A stretch of DNA of 64,000 bases from Saccostrea cucullata (GCF_032062105.1 NW_026928122.1:186001-250000); one strand, 5' to 3'; positions 38,901-52,618 are shown, counted from the first letter of the stretch. Numbers and translations are program-made. Notes: generated by a model from the sequence alone, not told the origin.

Positions 38901-41900
38901 AGAGACTCAGTTCCAATGCAGTATGTGGATTGATGGAGAGTACATCCGACGAAAATCCATTCAAAGCATGCGTCAATTGGATGAAACAGACTAAAGATGC
39001 AGACGGAAACAGTCCATTTTCTTCTTGTCTTATTGATGCTTGCAACAACGACGGAGCTACATTGAAGACAGTGACCTGCCCCGCCTTAGAGGAATTCGAA
39101 GAAGTATGTGTAGAGAGTGGTTATGCCCCACCAGAGGTTAATAACTGGCGAAACATCACTTCCTGTCGTGAGCATTTGTATTTCATACATATACTTCTCA
39201 TTGCATTTATCTCTATTCTATCAATTGCTTTGTAATAAGGGACTGACAGAACAATTAAGCATTATTTTTTGGGTTCATTTTAATAGCTCCAAAAATGATA
39301 TCATGTACATACTTTTAAAGCATTGACAGAGGTTGAAAAATGCAGAGAAAATGAGGAGTACGTAGAAGATGGAAGTGGATGTCCCAACACTTGCCTGTCC
39401 CCAAAATCAGAAGAAAGCTGTTCTGATCCTGATGTTGCAGGGTGCCAGTGTAAGAAAGGTTTTGTGAGAGATGGAGATATCTGCATGCCTGTCAGTCAAT
39501 GTGGATGTTTCCTGTTTAATGAACGCTTTTTGGTACGTTTACCTTATAACACTATTTTAAACAAACTAACTTTATTAGAATGTTTTTAGAAGAATGTATT
39601 GCATCTGAAAAATTTTTTAACATGTGTAACATTCTTTACTCGGAAAAAAAAGCGTGATGGAATTCAAATATTTTTTTGTTTAACAAAAAATAAATATAAC
39701 TCCGTCTCTTGTATTACTTTACAGCGGAAGTGACCAATTGGTGTCCCTCTGTATATTTTAAATATATAAGTGAAGAAAAGCTCAAATATTTTTGTTTATG
39801 TCCTTATAGGTGAACGCAAGCACTCTCTCAAAAAATTGCAAGGAAAGAATGGTATGCACACTGAAGGATGATGTCCCACAGATTATAAAGGAACCAGCAG
39901 CTTGTGGTGATGATGAAATGTGTGTCGATATCAAAGGAAAGGGAGAGTGTAGAAAAGGTATTGATAACGTATTTTTTTTAATTTTTAAAATTTTAATTAA
40001 CATACCTGTATTTCAAAAAAAAAATTTTAAATACTAAATGTTAAATAAAGTAAATGAAAAATAGATTTATTGTCATATTGTTTTTGTTTTTCGATAGATG
40101 AATTAATTGATTATATGTTGTTTTACATCCAATTCGACAATTTTTCAAACATATAGAGGTGTAAGAATAGTCATATGTAATTCGCTTAAATGCCGAAATA
40201 AAGGTTCTTTTGTATTAAAATATCATGGAAAGTTATTTTTGTAATTTGACAGCTCAATGCCCAAACGGAGAATTAGTAATCAAGTGATATGAAAAAAAAT
40301 ATATCAGAAATAAAAAAAGGATATCTAGTTAAATATTTACAGAAAATTTTTGGTTCTACGTTTTATGTTTAAAGTCTTGTCATTAAAGATTCCATATGTC
40401 TATAGAGAATATACATTGAAATATTAAGATGGATCATTGCTATTTGACAAGTATGTGTTTTTTCTAAGTACATTAGACTGTTGACATCTCTTATGATATT
40501 TAATTGATTTATATTAACATATACCAATTAAATGACAAATTACAACTGCTTAAACATGTTTAAAACCAGATAGCTAGATTTGAAAATTGCATATTTCTTT
40601 ACATTAAATATTGTTAATTTTGTGCTGGACTTGAATGAATGATAGATACAACGGAATATGATATGATATGATGGACTTGAATGAATGATAGATACAAAGG
40701 AATACGATATCATTCTTTACAATTATATTATCTGTATATCATATTTTATGTATCAGCATAAAGATTCTTATTTCTGTTATATTCTTTATAAAGTTATATC
40801 GTTTTGGAAATTATAAAATGAGTACAAGAATTGGTTACTTATTAATTTCTATATAAGTACATGTTTGTAATTATACTACATAAGTACATGTTTGTAATTA
40901 AATTATAGTCCCTTCTACCACCCTGAGATCTCCAATTCCACCGACAAAAGCTTACTCACCACCAACTGGAAGTAAGTTGTACCATATATTTTTATGTTAT
41001 ACTTAATTACGCTGGAAGTATAGCTAAAAACTTAAAAACTAAAAACTTCCCACGAGTTTGCTGAATTGTATATTTATAAAAATATGGGAAGGAAACCAAA
41101 TAATTTTTGAAGATTAAGTCAAATAAATACATGTTTTGATAATATTTCAGTCAAATGTGGTAAAAAGCACTGTGCAGCAAATGCAAAATGTGTTGACAAT
41201 AGTGTGTGTGTATGCGAAGATGGATTTTATGGCATTGGTGATATAAGATGTTCAAGTGAGATTACTTTGATGTTTCAAAAACACATTACACGTTTATAAA
41301 ATTTATCTATGATTAAATTCATTATGATAGAATGTAATAAATAATGGACTTTATTATAAAGCACACGTATCTTTCTACTCTTTAATTTAAAAAAAATTAC
41401 CTTTGAATTACATTTGATTTGTGCTGTGTTTTCATTTCAGTTTGCCAAAAAATATTCAGATCCTTTTTTCGGTCAATTTGTCTAGTAAATTTCTTCTAAT
41501 TTCTAGAAATGTGTACATGTGGAAGCGGTGGTCCCAACCTATTTGAAACGTATGATGGCAAGATTCTTCACTTCTCTGGAAAGTGTCAATATCAGATGTC
41601 ATCCTACACAGATCCTCTGGGTTCCTGTTCTTTTTCGGTGGACTTAGTAAACAAACGAAAGGAGGAAACTCATCTCATCGTCAAAATTCTAGGAATAAAC
41701 ATCAAGTTGCTCCAAAGCCAACAGATACAAGTATGTTATCCATCCATATGCTTTTTATCTACATGTTTTATTGGTTTTGTAGTTTTTATATCGTTTCTCT
41801 GTTCAAATTATATAATCTAGGTTTTTTTTCCCAGATAAATGGACAGGATCGTTCCCTTCCTGCTGGTAATTCCAAGTTTATAATCTACAAAGCTGGTTTT

Positions 41901-44900
41901 GCTATTAGGCTGTTTGTTCCGAGCTGTGGTTTCTTAGTCAGTTGGGATGGTGACACCAACATGTTAATTTCTGTCCCAGTTGCGTATTCTACTGGACTTG
42001 ATGGTATCTGTGGCAATTGTAATCAAAACAAAAAAGATGACCCGACCACTGCTGATGTGTTTTCAAAGTACACAGTGACAGCATTGTCCAGATCAACGTA
42101 TGTGCATTATTTTTCTCTTAATGCAAAGTTTACAATATATAATGTGTGTATATGTATGTCAGGAAGATATGTCATAAATTTTTATAAGGAAAATACTAAG
42201 TAAAAAAAATAAAAAGTTTTGGTATCTCAAGTTTACAGCTTCAAAACTTAAATGTTAAGAAGAATTTTCTGAAAATACTAGTAACAATGATTAAACATTT
42301 ATATGCAGGTGTGAAAATGCATTCTCCATCAAACGTTGCAACAGACGATCTAACTTGATGATGAAGATGCGAGTTTGTAAATACCAGGATCGAGCGATCA
42401 AACGAAAATGTAATCAGTCGTCCCAAGAAAGTAAAACGTTAATGAAGGCCTGTATTGACAGTGGTTGTGACTCCATGGCTAGAAGAAAGAATAAAGTTGC
42501 AATAGAGACTGGATGTCAGACGTTAGACTTGTTCTCTGGAATCTGTAGGGCCAAAGGTCATGATGTCAATTGGAGAATATTCCCGCTTAACGATTGCAGA
42601 CGTAAGTCTTTTTATCATCACTCATTCAAATAACTGATTAAATATCACATATATTGCTCTTAATCAGCTCAAATACATTTCTAATGGTCTTACTTTACAA
42701 TTCGAGTTCACCCAAATCTATGTTATAAATTCATCTACGAATGGTTAGAAGATGCAGTTAAAGAAAATGTTTCGAGACAAACTTAGTATATGTAATATTT
42801 GAATTGTAATCAAATGTTTTCAATCAAAATTCAGGACCAAGATGTAAGTCAAGTGCAAACATGGAGACAAACTTTGGTAAAGGGATATCGGGTTGTCCAC
42901 AGACTTGTGGATTTGCTTTTGAGGGAAACTGTACTTTGCCCTTGGCTGAAGGCTGCAAGTGCAAAGAAGGCTTTGTTTGGGATGGAGACAACTGTGTGAG
43001 ACCTAGCAAATGTGGCTGCACAACGCCTGAAGGGGATTATATAAGTGTAAGCGTATGCATTAGGTTTACGTCATCACGATGAACAACTTCAAATTTAAAA
43101 TCATTTTAAGCCCCACCCTCTCCTTTCCTTCCACATGCACTAGACGAGGTATACAGTGTTGACCCTTTCTGTTATTTCTCTTACTTAGTTTTCCAGACTT
43201 TTTGCTATGCTTGTTGATAGCAATCTGTTTTTGGTTGTTTGTGTCTCTTTGTTTGTGTATTAAAAAAGTTTAATATTTCAGTTTGGAAAGTCTCTGATCA
43301 GCGAAGACTGTTCACATGTATACAAGTGTGTCAGGAAAAACGGAAAAGCAACACTGCGGGAACAGCCTGGACCATGTGTGAATAAAAATTGTATTGTTGT
43401 TAATGGCGAGCCAAAATGTACAACGTGTAAGGAAGGGTTTGAAAAGACACCTAACGGATGCATTCCAAGTACGTTTGATTGTATTTAGTTCAAAAGTGAA
43501 CTACAAAATATTCATTGATAAATGTATTGGTCTAATCATTTTTTAACATATTCTTTAATTACAAAAAGTGAACTACAAAATATTCATTGATATTTGTTTT
43601 TGGTCTTGTAATTTTTTAACATATTCTTTAATGACAGAGTTTACCACAACAACAGCAATCCAAACACCTGCTTCTATGCCACCCCAAGGTATTTAATATG
43701 CAATCTTTACCCTGTTCAGAAGATAATGCTTGTTTTAATAACGATAATGCATATTTACTTATATCTGTACATGTTACACGATTCCTGTTTGTGTGTTTTA
43801 TCACTATTACTGTCAAAATATGGTGCTATAAAAATGAATAAAACATCGACTTTTAACTTTTTTCATTCAATATTCCATGACTTTCATATTGGGTTAACTT
43901 TGAAATTCGATCAAGTTGATCTTGATAGAAGGAACAAGCTGAATATGAGCTTTCAAGTGAATCAATTAACAGAAACATTTTTAGGGTACCGGTATTATGG
44001 AGCAGATGGTCATGATAGAAACCCTTAGTTTTTACATAATTTTACCGGTACATGAAATTAATAATACCTGGGTATACTATATTCTGTAGATTTAAACACT
44101 CCACCAAACTTCAACTACCACTCCAGCATTATGTTTACTGTTTTAAAAATAGCTCACGAAGACAAAATGAAGCATTAGAAGGAAACACCTGTAAAAACTC
44201 TTTACAATGTATATTTGAGTATATATAACTTATTGGGCAATTATGTTAGACGTGCTAGGTCAAAAAGGTTATTTCTGCATTGGGATACTCAAACTGATGC
44301 ATTGCATTGTTCATCTAATATACAGTTATTTTGTAGGAGCGCCTCCAGTGGCCTTTTCCCAACCAACTCGTTCTCCTGTCTTATCGCCTTCAACAGGTAA
44401 TTTTGAATTCATATAAAACAGTCAAGTTATCAAACTGCTATTTTACTAGTAATTTACGAAAATGTATACGAACTGAAAGCATATCTTCAAATATACATGT
44501 AAAAAGCATCTTCAACCAACTGCTTGTCATAGCAAACAATGCTTAAACAGCAATACTTTAGATCTGAATTAGGGATACAAGATAATTTTTTTTAAGGTTT
44601 GATCTCATTGAAAAGCACAGAACGGCTACACTTAGAACACAGAAAACTACCGTTCAAATTATAAGCATTGAATAAATTGGGTCACAATGCAGGTTTTAAT
44701 TTTTAAATCTAAGTAATTATGGAATATCTTCTTTACTCAGATTCAAGTACACCGCCAAACACACCGGCGACTTCTACATCGGCTTTTATCTCTACAGAAG
44801 GTAATCTTAATAAACCAGAGAGTTGATTACTTACTTATGATATTAATTAATTTTTTTTAACATAATTTTAAAAAATATTCTTAGTTACATTCTTGTGTTG

Positions 44901-47900
44901 AAAAAAGATATGTAGTCTGTTGAAATTGATAAAATCATTATTCTTAATTTCAGGAACGACTCCTTTAACTTCAGTGGCTGTGGCTCCACCGACTCAGCCT
45001 ACCGTTTTATCGCCATCTATAGGTTACTAGTAATCTGAATTCATTCATAATTTTTTTTTCAAATGGTATATAGGAAATAATGTATCATTTTTAGCCATCT
45101 GACTGGATATAAATACGGATTGGTTATGAGATCAAATTCCATAAAGCCCGAAAGAATAAAATGCAATGCATTTACTAAGTACAGCTAACACAATTCTTAA
45201 AGGTTCAAAAGAGATTTTCTAATTTTATTTTGCTTTTTTGGTCAGAAATGTATTATCGATGCTTACTCTTTTCCGTATTTTTTCTGCCTAACTACGTATT
45301 TATTCCTATCAAAAGTTTTAACATAAAAACATCATTTTCAGGAAAATGTATTGATAGTGAGTGTCCTGCAAATGCTGAGTGTTTAGAAAACAAATGTACC
45401 TGTAAATCTGGCTTCATTGACGTTATGGGGGTTTGTGAAAGTGAGTATTACAGTGAAATAGATACAAATTTTAAAATGAATCATCAGTTAAAGGATCTTC
45501 GTTTCGGTGATTTTGTAAAGGTCAAAATGCTAAGTTTTGATGAAGTAATCGTAGTATTGGTGTTACCTTATCAATTTTTATCATCATACGAAATTAGTGG
45601 CAAGAAAAAAAAGAGAAATCACAATTGATACATGTAGTAAGAGCAATTATAAAATTACGAGATATTTTTTTGTTTCAGAAAAATGTGTCGATGGTGACTG
45701 CCCTCCAAATGCTGAATGTTCCGACAATAAGTGTACCTGTAAAACTGGGTTCATAGACGTTATGGGGACTTGTGAAAGTAAGTATTACAGAATTACTTGT
45801 TAAATACAAAGAGAGTTACACCTTTGATGTAGCAAAGATTGTGTTTTTAACGTGTTATGACCTCGTTTCAATTGTTTAATAAATGTGAATATATAATTTT
45901 TGATTAATTTTAATAAATCTCTCTTCTAAAATGTATTATAATATTTTTGGTCAGAATATTTGACAGAGATATCCCCTGTTGGATTAAAGGGAATTTTCTA
46001 TAATTAAAACTTTTTAAAAATTCTTTTAGAAAAATGTATCGATAGTGACTGCCCTACAAATGCTGAGTGTTCCAACAACAAATGTACCTGTAAAACCGGC
46101 TTCATTGACGTTATGGGGGTTTGTGAAAGTAAGTATTACAGTGAAATGAATACAAATAAAGCATCGATTTAAAGAATATTTGCTTTTAAAAATGGTTTTA
46201 TTAAAGTCAAGATGTGAAGTGATGATGAAGTAGTTTTCATATTAATAAATATTATAAAAATACGAGAGTTTGTTTTCTTTCTGAAGAAAAATGTATTGAT
46301 AGTGACTGTCCTACAAATGCTGAGTGTTCAAACAATAAGTGCACCTGTAAAACCGGCTTCATTGATATTATGGGGAATTGTGAGAGTGAGTACAATGTCT
46401 GTGAATTTTTGTATTTAATACAATTCTATTCAAAAAGTTTTACCAACTGAAAAGTTTGTATTTATTGCAGTGCTACGACTCTGTTAATATAAAGATATGA
46501 ATTTTAATTTTGTATGCATCTTTTTTTAACAAAAATATGATAGGTATTTTTTGTTCAGATTTTACACAAAAATAAGCGTAATAATAATGAATGAAATTTT
46601 TAGATAGTGAGTGCCCTACAAATTCTTGTTAATAATAAATTTTTATTGACGTTATGGGGATTTTCATTAAAGAAAAGGAATACTGTAAATATTGTCGCAG
46701 TTTTATTTTGTTGCTGCATGGTCTGTAATCGTGACATGAATTTTTAAATTAATTTTTATGTTCTCTGTGAAGAGAGTCAAATTATTTTCTTTGATTATTT
46801 TATTGTAACATTTCTGAATATTTTTATTGGTTTTTTTTTCACCTATCTTTTAATATTTTTACTCCGAAAAATATATACAGCAAATTTATTTTGAGACTTG
46901 TACATTTCAAAACGACCAAGTTTTGCAGATTAAAAGCCATATGTCAGCAAGAAGTGGTCGAAATTATCCAATTTTACCCTATAAATGAATTCAAAAGGAA
47001 CTACAAAAAGCAGTTTTAATAGTTTTGCTATATAATACATTTCTGATTCTTAAAAAATCTTTTTACGGAAAGAATGCTTGTTCTTAAATATTTTTTGTTT
47101 AAGTAATAATACTTCTTTGCCGTTCAGAAGGAGTGTTCATCTTTGATAGAAGTCTTGGTAGAAATCAAAGAATTCATCGGGGGAGGGGGAGAATAAAGTT
47201 AATGATTATTTTTTTTCCAGAAAAATGCATCGATAGTGAGTGCCCTACAAATTCTGAGTGTTCAAATAATAAATGTACCTGTAAAACTGGCTTTATTGAC
47301 GTTATGGGGGTTTGTGAGAGTGAGTATTACATATATAAATTTATCCTATACAACAAGTTTCTTTCATGTGTGTTGCATCATAGACTGTAATCAATGAAGT
47401 TTTGATTCATGTAGAACATGTCCTCTCCTTCTAGTTTGAGTTAATTTTAAGATAAGCACCTTTGATAATGTTATTGTAGGAATAAAGAACTTATCTGATA
47501 TTGAGATTATGTATACAATGTTACTGATCAGAGAAAAACAAAAAACAAAACGTCTTGTTGGACTATACCGGTCTGTTTAAATGTAAACTAGTGAATTGCG
47601 TTCAATGTAAAGTTTTGTTTACATTTAAAACTCTAAAGGTTATTTTCAATTATATTCAGTTTTCCTTACAACAAATATGAAGAAATCTATATATAAAAAT
47701 ATTTCCTTCTCTTTCAGTGAAATGTGAAGATAAAAATTGCCAGTCTAATGCACTTTGCAAAAAGAACAAGTGTGTCTGTGTGGATGGATACCTAGACAAA
47801 GGTGGAATTTGTGAAGGTAAAGAATATTTACAGGTGTATATCTCTACCCCTGGGCATCGGTAGTATGGTATCAGTACAGTATAATGCAATGGAAGACTTA

Positions 47901-50900
47901 AATACATGTAGCCTGTCTTGTATTTCGTAGAAATCTCTTTGTGGATTATAATTTATGTGTTACAAATCTTACAGTTAAATGTGTGAATAGTGCATGTCCC
48001 TCAAATTCAGCATGTGTAGACAACAAATGCAAATGTCATTCCGGATATGTAAAAATCAATGGCGAATGTGAAGGTAAGTTTTCCTCTTTTTTAATATATT
48101 TCTCCATCTAATACATTCTGCTCTCTTTCAGATTACATTTTAGTTTCAAGGATAAATGGATTCAGTTCTTATTTATTTTTGTATTATTATAATAGTGAAA
48201 TGTGTGGACAGTGATTGTAAAGCTAATGCAGTTTGTCGTCACAATAAGTGTACCTGTAAGGTGGGCTTCATTGAAAGGAGTGGTAGCTGTGAAGGTAAGA
48301 CTACAAGAACTTTTTTAAAGAACTTAAGCTATAATAAACTCGATTTAGTACATATTTTATATGATTGACTTATTTTCACAGAAAAATAACCTTCCCCAGA
48401 TCAATGAATTTTGTCATATTTTGTCATTTACATCGTGTATAGATTTTACTAGTGCTTGTGGTAATCTTTTTTGTTTCAGAACTTTGCCACTCCTTTAACT
48501 GTCCACGATTTGCTTCATGCGTCGACAACAGATGCACGTGTAACAGAGGATACGTAATGATCGGGAACAAATGTGAAGGTATGAGGAATTTAGTGAAGGA
48601 TTATCAAGAACCCTAATTAAGCTGTCATAAAAATACGTTCGTAATACATGTATTATTTATTTTATTTCTGGTTGAAATTTCTATTTGTAGTAAAATGCGT
48701 TGCTTCGAAATGCGCGCGATATGCCGAGTGTCGATCCAATAAATGCCAATGTAAGAGAGGTTATATTGGAGATGGTGCTACGAAGTGTCAAGGTAAGAAC
48801 ATGATTTCATTTCACAGTATGAATGATATCCAAAACGATGGAAAGTAAACTTTTGGATATTTAAATAGCAAGATAATTCTACGGTATTACTTTTGTTTGT
48901 AATACTTACTTGAAAACCAGAAAGCTGTGGAGGAAGAGTTTGTGGAAAGAATGCTCGATGTTCACGATATGGACGAAGAAAGAAGTGTAAATGTGTTAGT
49001 GGCCTCTATGGCGACGGTTTCACTTGTACAGGTATAGGTGTCATACTACATTTCAACAAGATTTTTTAAAAACACTCATTCATACAAAACATTAATTGCT
49101 TCATCATACGAAAACGATTTCTTGAGGATTTGAGTGGTATATCCTTCACTATTATTAAATTGTTTAGTACCTTGAAAAAAAAAATCAAAATGCATAGTAA
49201 ATGCATATATTCTTTGTTTTGCAGATACCTGTGGGGGGAAGAAATGCCATATGTATGCAAAATGTAAACATAACAAATGCGTCTGTTCTAGGGGTACTTA
49301 CGGATCAGGCGAAACTTGCAAGAGTATGTATAGTTTATACTTTTAAGACAATAATTGGAGCTTTCCACATAAACGCACACATTTTACACTACAAAGCCTC
49401 AAAGAACTTTACATTACTATCGAATAAATTTCTAATGGCTTTAACGATAGTTTCGTGTTAATTTCAAATGGTTTTTAGGATCGTATTTCTTCGATTAACA
49501 TTTTAGGGACATTATTATGTGTTGAAGTAATACCTTTAGTAAAAGTAGAATACATAAACTGGGGTTTGATTTGTTAATAATTGAATGCTATTGTCAGGAC
49601 TGTGTGGGTGGAGGCGAGTTCGATGTGGTGACAATGCCAGCTGCTATAGAGGAAAGTGTAAATGTGATGGAGGATTCGAAGGGGACGGTATGGTCTGCAA
49701 AAGTAAGTAGTTAATCAATTGGGGTGGGAGAGGTCCACTTTTCAACGAGATTCTAAAAACGCTTAATTATAGAATGTCGTATAGCAAGGGTTTGATGCAT
49801 GATTTTGTAAAATAAGATGTAATGTATAAAATATAATTTGATTCGTTTATATTTCCAGAACTTTGCACATGTGCAATAACGAGTGACATGTGGTATAATC
49901 TATACGATGGGAACTTTGTGAGGTTTGCTGGAACTTGTAAATACACTTTGTCTCAATACAGTAATACCAGTTCACCTTGTCAATACAAGACGGAGATAAA
50001 ATACAAAAAGACAGACTCTCAGAGAAGGGGAACGACATTAGAGTACATCGAAATCTCTGCGGCAGGAAGGAAGATACACATGGGTAGAAATTTAGAAGTC
50101 ATGGTAAGACTGGCCTCGCCCAAATTAAATTTGTAGAAAGATCTATCAAAGCATTATAAGGAAAAAAAGTATATTTTTTCTTTAAAAAACTGGCTAAAGT
50201 TTAATTAAAGTTACACTTACATTTTAATGATTATGGCAGGTAAAATTTTTTGGGAAAATTTTTTCCATGCTTATCAATATTGTTTGGTAAAACGTTTTTT
50301 GGAAGAAAAAAAATGGGTACAACTAGATGCATTGTCTTTATAGGGATGCAAAAAGAACCTTTCTATTTCATATAACTTCATTCTCAGGTGGACGACCTTC
50401 AGATTTACCTACCTTACACATCCGCAGCCGTAACAATCCACTACAGCGGAATAGGTGTGGTCGTCCTCTTTAATGGCTGTAGTATTCGATTGTTCTGGAA
50501 TGGCAGAGGAATGGTGGCACTGTCTGTTCCGTTAGACTTCGGTGGTTCTTTGACTGGAATCTGTGGAAACTGTAACAAAAAGAGAGACGATTTGAGAACT
50601 AAGGGTGGTGAAGATGTGTCGAGTTATGGACAGAAGGCTGGGTCATATATTGGAAACAGCTATTTAGTGAAAGAAATGGATAATAACCAAACGTAAATGT
50701 CAAGATTATTCCTAACTTGTATATTAGGGTGTTATTATTCAAAATCCTAAAAGATAGTTAGTAACGGAAATCAATTTAAATCATTTTGAATTTTGATCAA
50801 TTACAAATTGTAAATAGCTGTTGATATTTATAATGATTATCCATCGAACTATATAATCTTCGAAATTTTAGATGCGAGGCCCTTGGGTCTACCGTAACAT

Positions 50901-52295
50901 GCTGGAACCGTGCGGGCTCTTACTCGTTCAGGAAATGTGGGATGCTTAACAAGAAATACAAATACTCACCATTTAAACGTTGTATGAAAGCTTTCCCAGA
51001 GCTTGCCGACAGGATGTATAAAGCCTGTAGGCAGGATTATTGTGCCAATCGCCAGGAAGCTGAATCCATTCTCTGTAGACATCTAGAAGGATTCGCCACT
51101 CTGTGCGCCAAACGTGGTCAGCTCGTTTATTGGAGGTACCGTGTTCCCACATGCAAACGAAGTGAGTTAATATTTCTTGTAAATTGTAATTATCATGAAG
51201 AAATCGAAATTGATTATGCACTTTGTTTTTTTCATGGTTTGTTTTTGTTCAAAATAAGTATACGATCAATTTTCTGAGAAAATAAATTTTACAAGTACTA
51301 GTATTTAAATACAATACCATTGTAGAACTCAAGTGTGGAAAGAGAAAGTTTTACTGGTGGTTCGCCTCTGCGTGTCCCAACACTTGTATGGATCCAAATG
51401 CAGAAAAGAAATGCATTCTGCCAAAGACTGAAAGTTGTCGCTGTGCTCATGGTTTTGTTTTAAGTGGAGATAAATGTGTCAGGGCAAAAGATTGTGGGTG
51501 TTCAAGAGGACCCTATTATTTCCCAGTACAGTTTCATGATTATTTATTAATTATTATCGCATTGCGTACCAATTGGGTTTACAAATAAATAACTTCATCT
51601 TTAAAAAAAAAAAAAGACTTGCAACTTATGTCTCTTTTGTTGTAGTTGAAAGCAGTCTACTCGAAGCCCGATTGCTCTGGAGTCGACACGTGTCGTAAGT
51701 TACCAGGCAAAAAGCGCCCTCAGTTAGTCAAGGGCAAAAAACAAACTTGTCACACTGAGGCTACTTGTGACGTTGTACACGGTGTACCTCAGTGCACATG
51801 CCAGATTGGATTTACAGGGGATGGTGTCAAAACATGTAAACGTAAGTTAAAATTTAAACTTTTTAAAAATATATCCGTTTATTTTACTATACACAGATAT
51901 TACATAGAAAAAAAGGCCTACATAATTATATGATCGCATCAAAATACTGACGTATATTACGCTGGATCCGCATAATTTCCATAATCATTTGCTTATTTTT
52001 CTCTTATATAGCGGCAACGTCCTGTTCTGTGTCAGAAAACGTCCGAAATTGCAGCGCTACTATTGAGTTAGCGGGAGAATGTTTCTACAAATCCAGACAT
52101 ACGCAGGCGTGTAGATACACCACGCTCAGCGTCACAGACGGCAATAAACACCGTTCTTACGTCAAATTTAAGGGTCAGACTAAAAGCCGGTCTCTACCCC
52201 GTGGTCACACATCTTTAGGATGTGCAGACTTTACCTTCTCAGGGGACCGAGTGATTATAGAGGAAAAAATATGTGATTGTCCTGGACAGCATTAG
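29939..52295 (+). CDS. Large secreted modular protein (IgGFc-binding protein/zonadhesin-like): signal peptide; 3x[lectin-like module-basic EGF-like-VWD(GDPH)-C8-TIL-TILa-linker]; EGF-VWD-C8-TIL; P/S/T-rich microexons; 13 EGF-like exons; VWD-C8-TIL-EGF; unique C-terminal domain
   Basis: Exon 1 29939-30014 MEGRRFLPYVLGIVVVGLLEFTSSA; ASCVCRASGDPHYSTYDGQKIHFMGTCKYTL (VWD); WDG...GICGDCNG; CLIDAC (C8); CPNTC...GCQCKKGFVRDGDICIPVSQCGC (TIL); 99-nt phase-1 EGF exons; last exon ends CDCPGQH* at 52295; AATAAA at 52344. Continuity across about 40000-40900 is inferred. Confidence 0.85.
31675..39507 (+). repeat. Near-identical intragenic tandem segmental repeat, period 3155 bp (about 2.5 units, exons and introns)
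   Basis: Identical ORFs at 31777/34932/38087 and 32620/35775/38930; only scattered differences (e.g. GGA vs GAA near 32114/35269, 1-bp homopolymer indels). Confidence 0.97.
45342..49702 (+). repeat. Array of 13 single-exon EGF-like modules (about 99 nt, phase 1-1); the first five are close paralogues
   Basis: KCIDSECPANAECLENKCTCKSGFIDVMGVCE-type exons near 45342, 45679, 46030, 46287 and 47221; more divergent ones near 47719, 47974, 48196, 48480, 48691, 48921, 49226 and 49598. Confidence 0.88.
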
Positions 52296-52618
52296 AATTC
52301 AATACATGAACAAAATGTCTCAATATTTCTTGTAATTTATTGAAATAAACTATCTTTAAAAGACCCCTGTATCACCATGTTCAATGTACATAATGGAAGA
52401 TTAAATGTGGAGAATAGAAAGCTTGCAAATAACACATAAACTATGGAGTATTGTTGACAAAAGGACAGGAAAGCCAAAAATTCAGATTGGCCTATTTACA
52501 GGAATACTATACAGATTTTTAAAAAATAATTTTTGTGGACAATCATTGTTTCTTAACGTCCATGCATTTACAAATTTACTTTTCCTTCAGTGTAAAATAT
52601 ACGATGTTTCCACAGAAT

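Noticed and set aside
32000-39486. Repeated antisense ORFs (61-104 aa) in the 3155-bp units
   Set aside because: Shadows of the sense coding exons, repeated only because the unit is duplicated.
40625-40900. Short tandem duplications (also 13730-13850 and 43494-43630)
   Set aside because: Ordinary intronic slippage duplications with no evident function.
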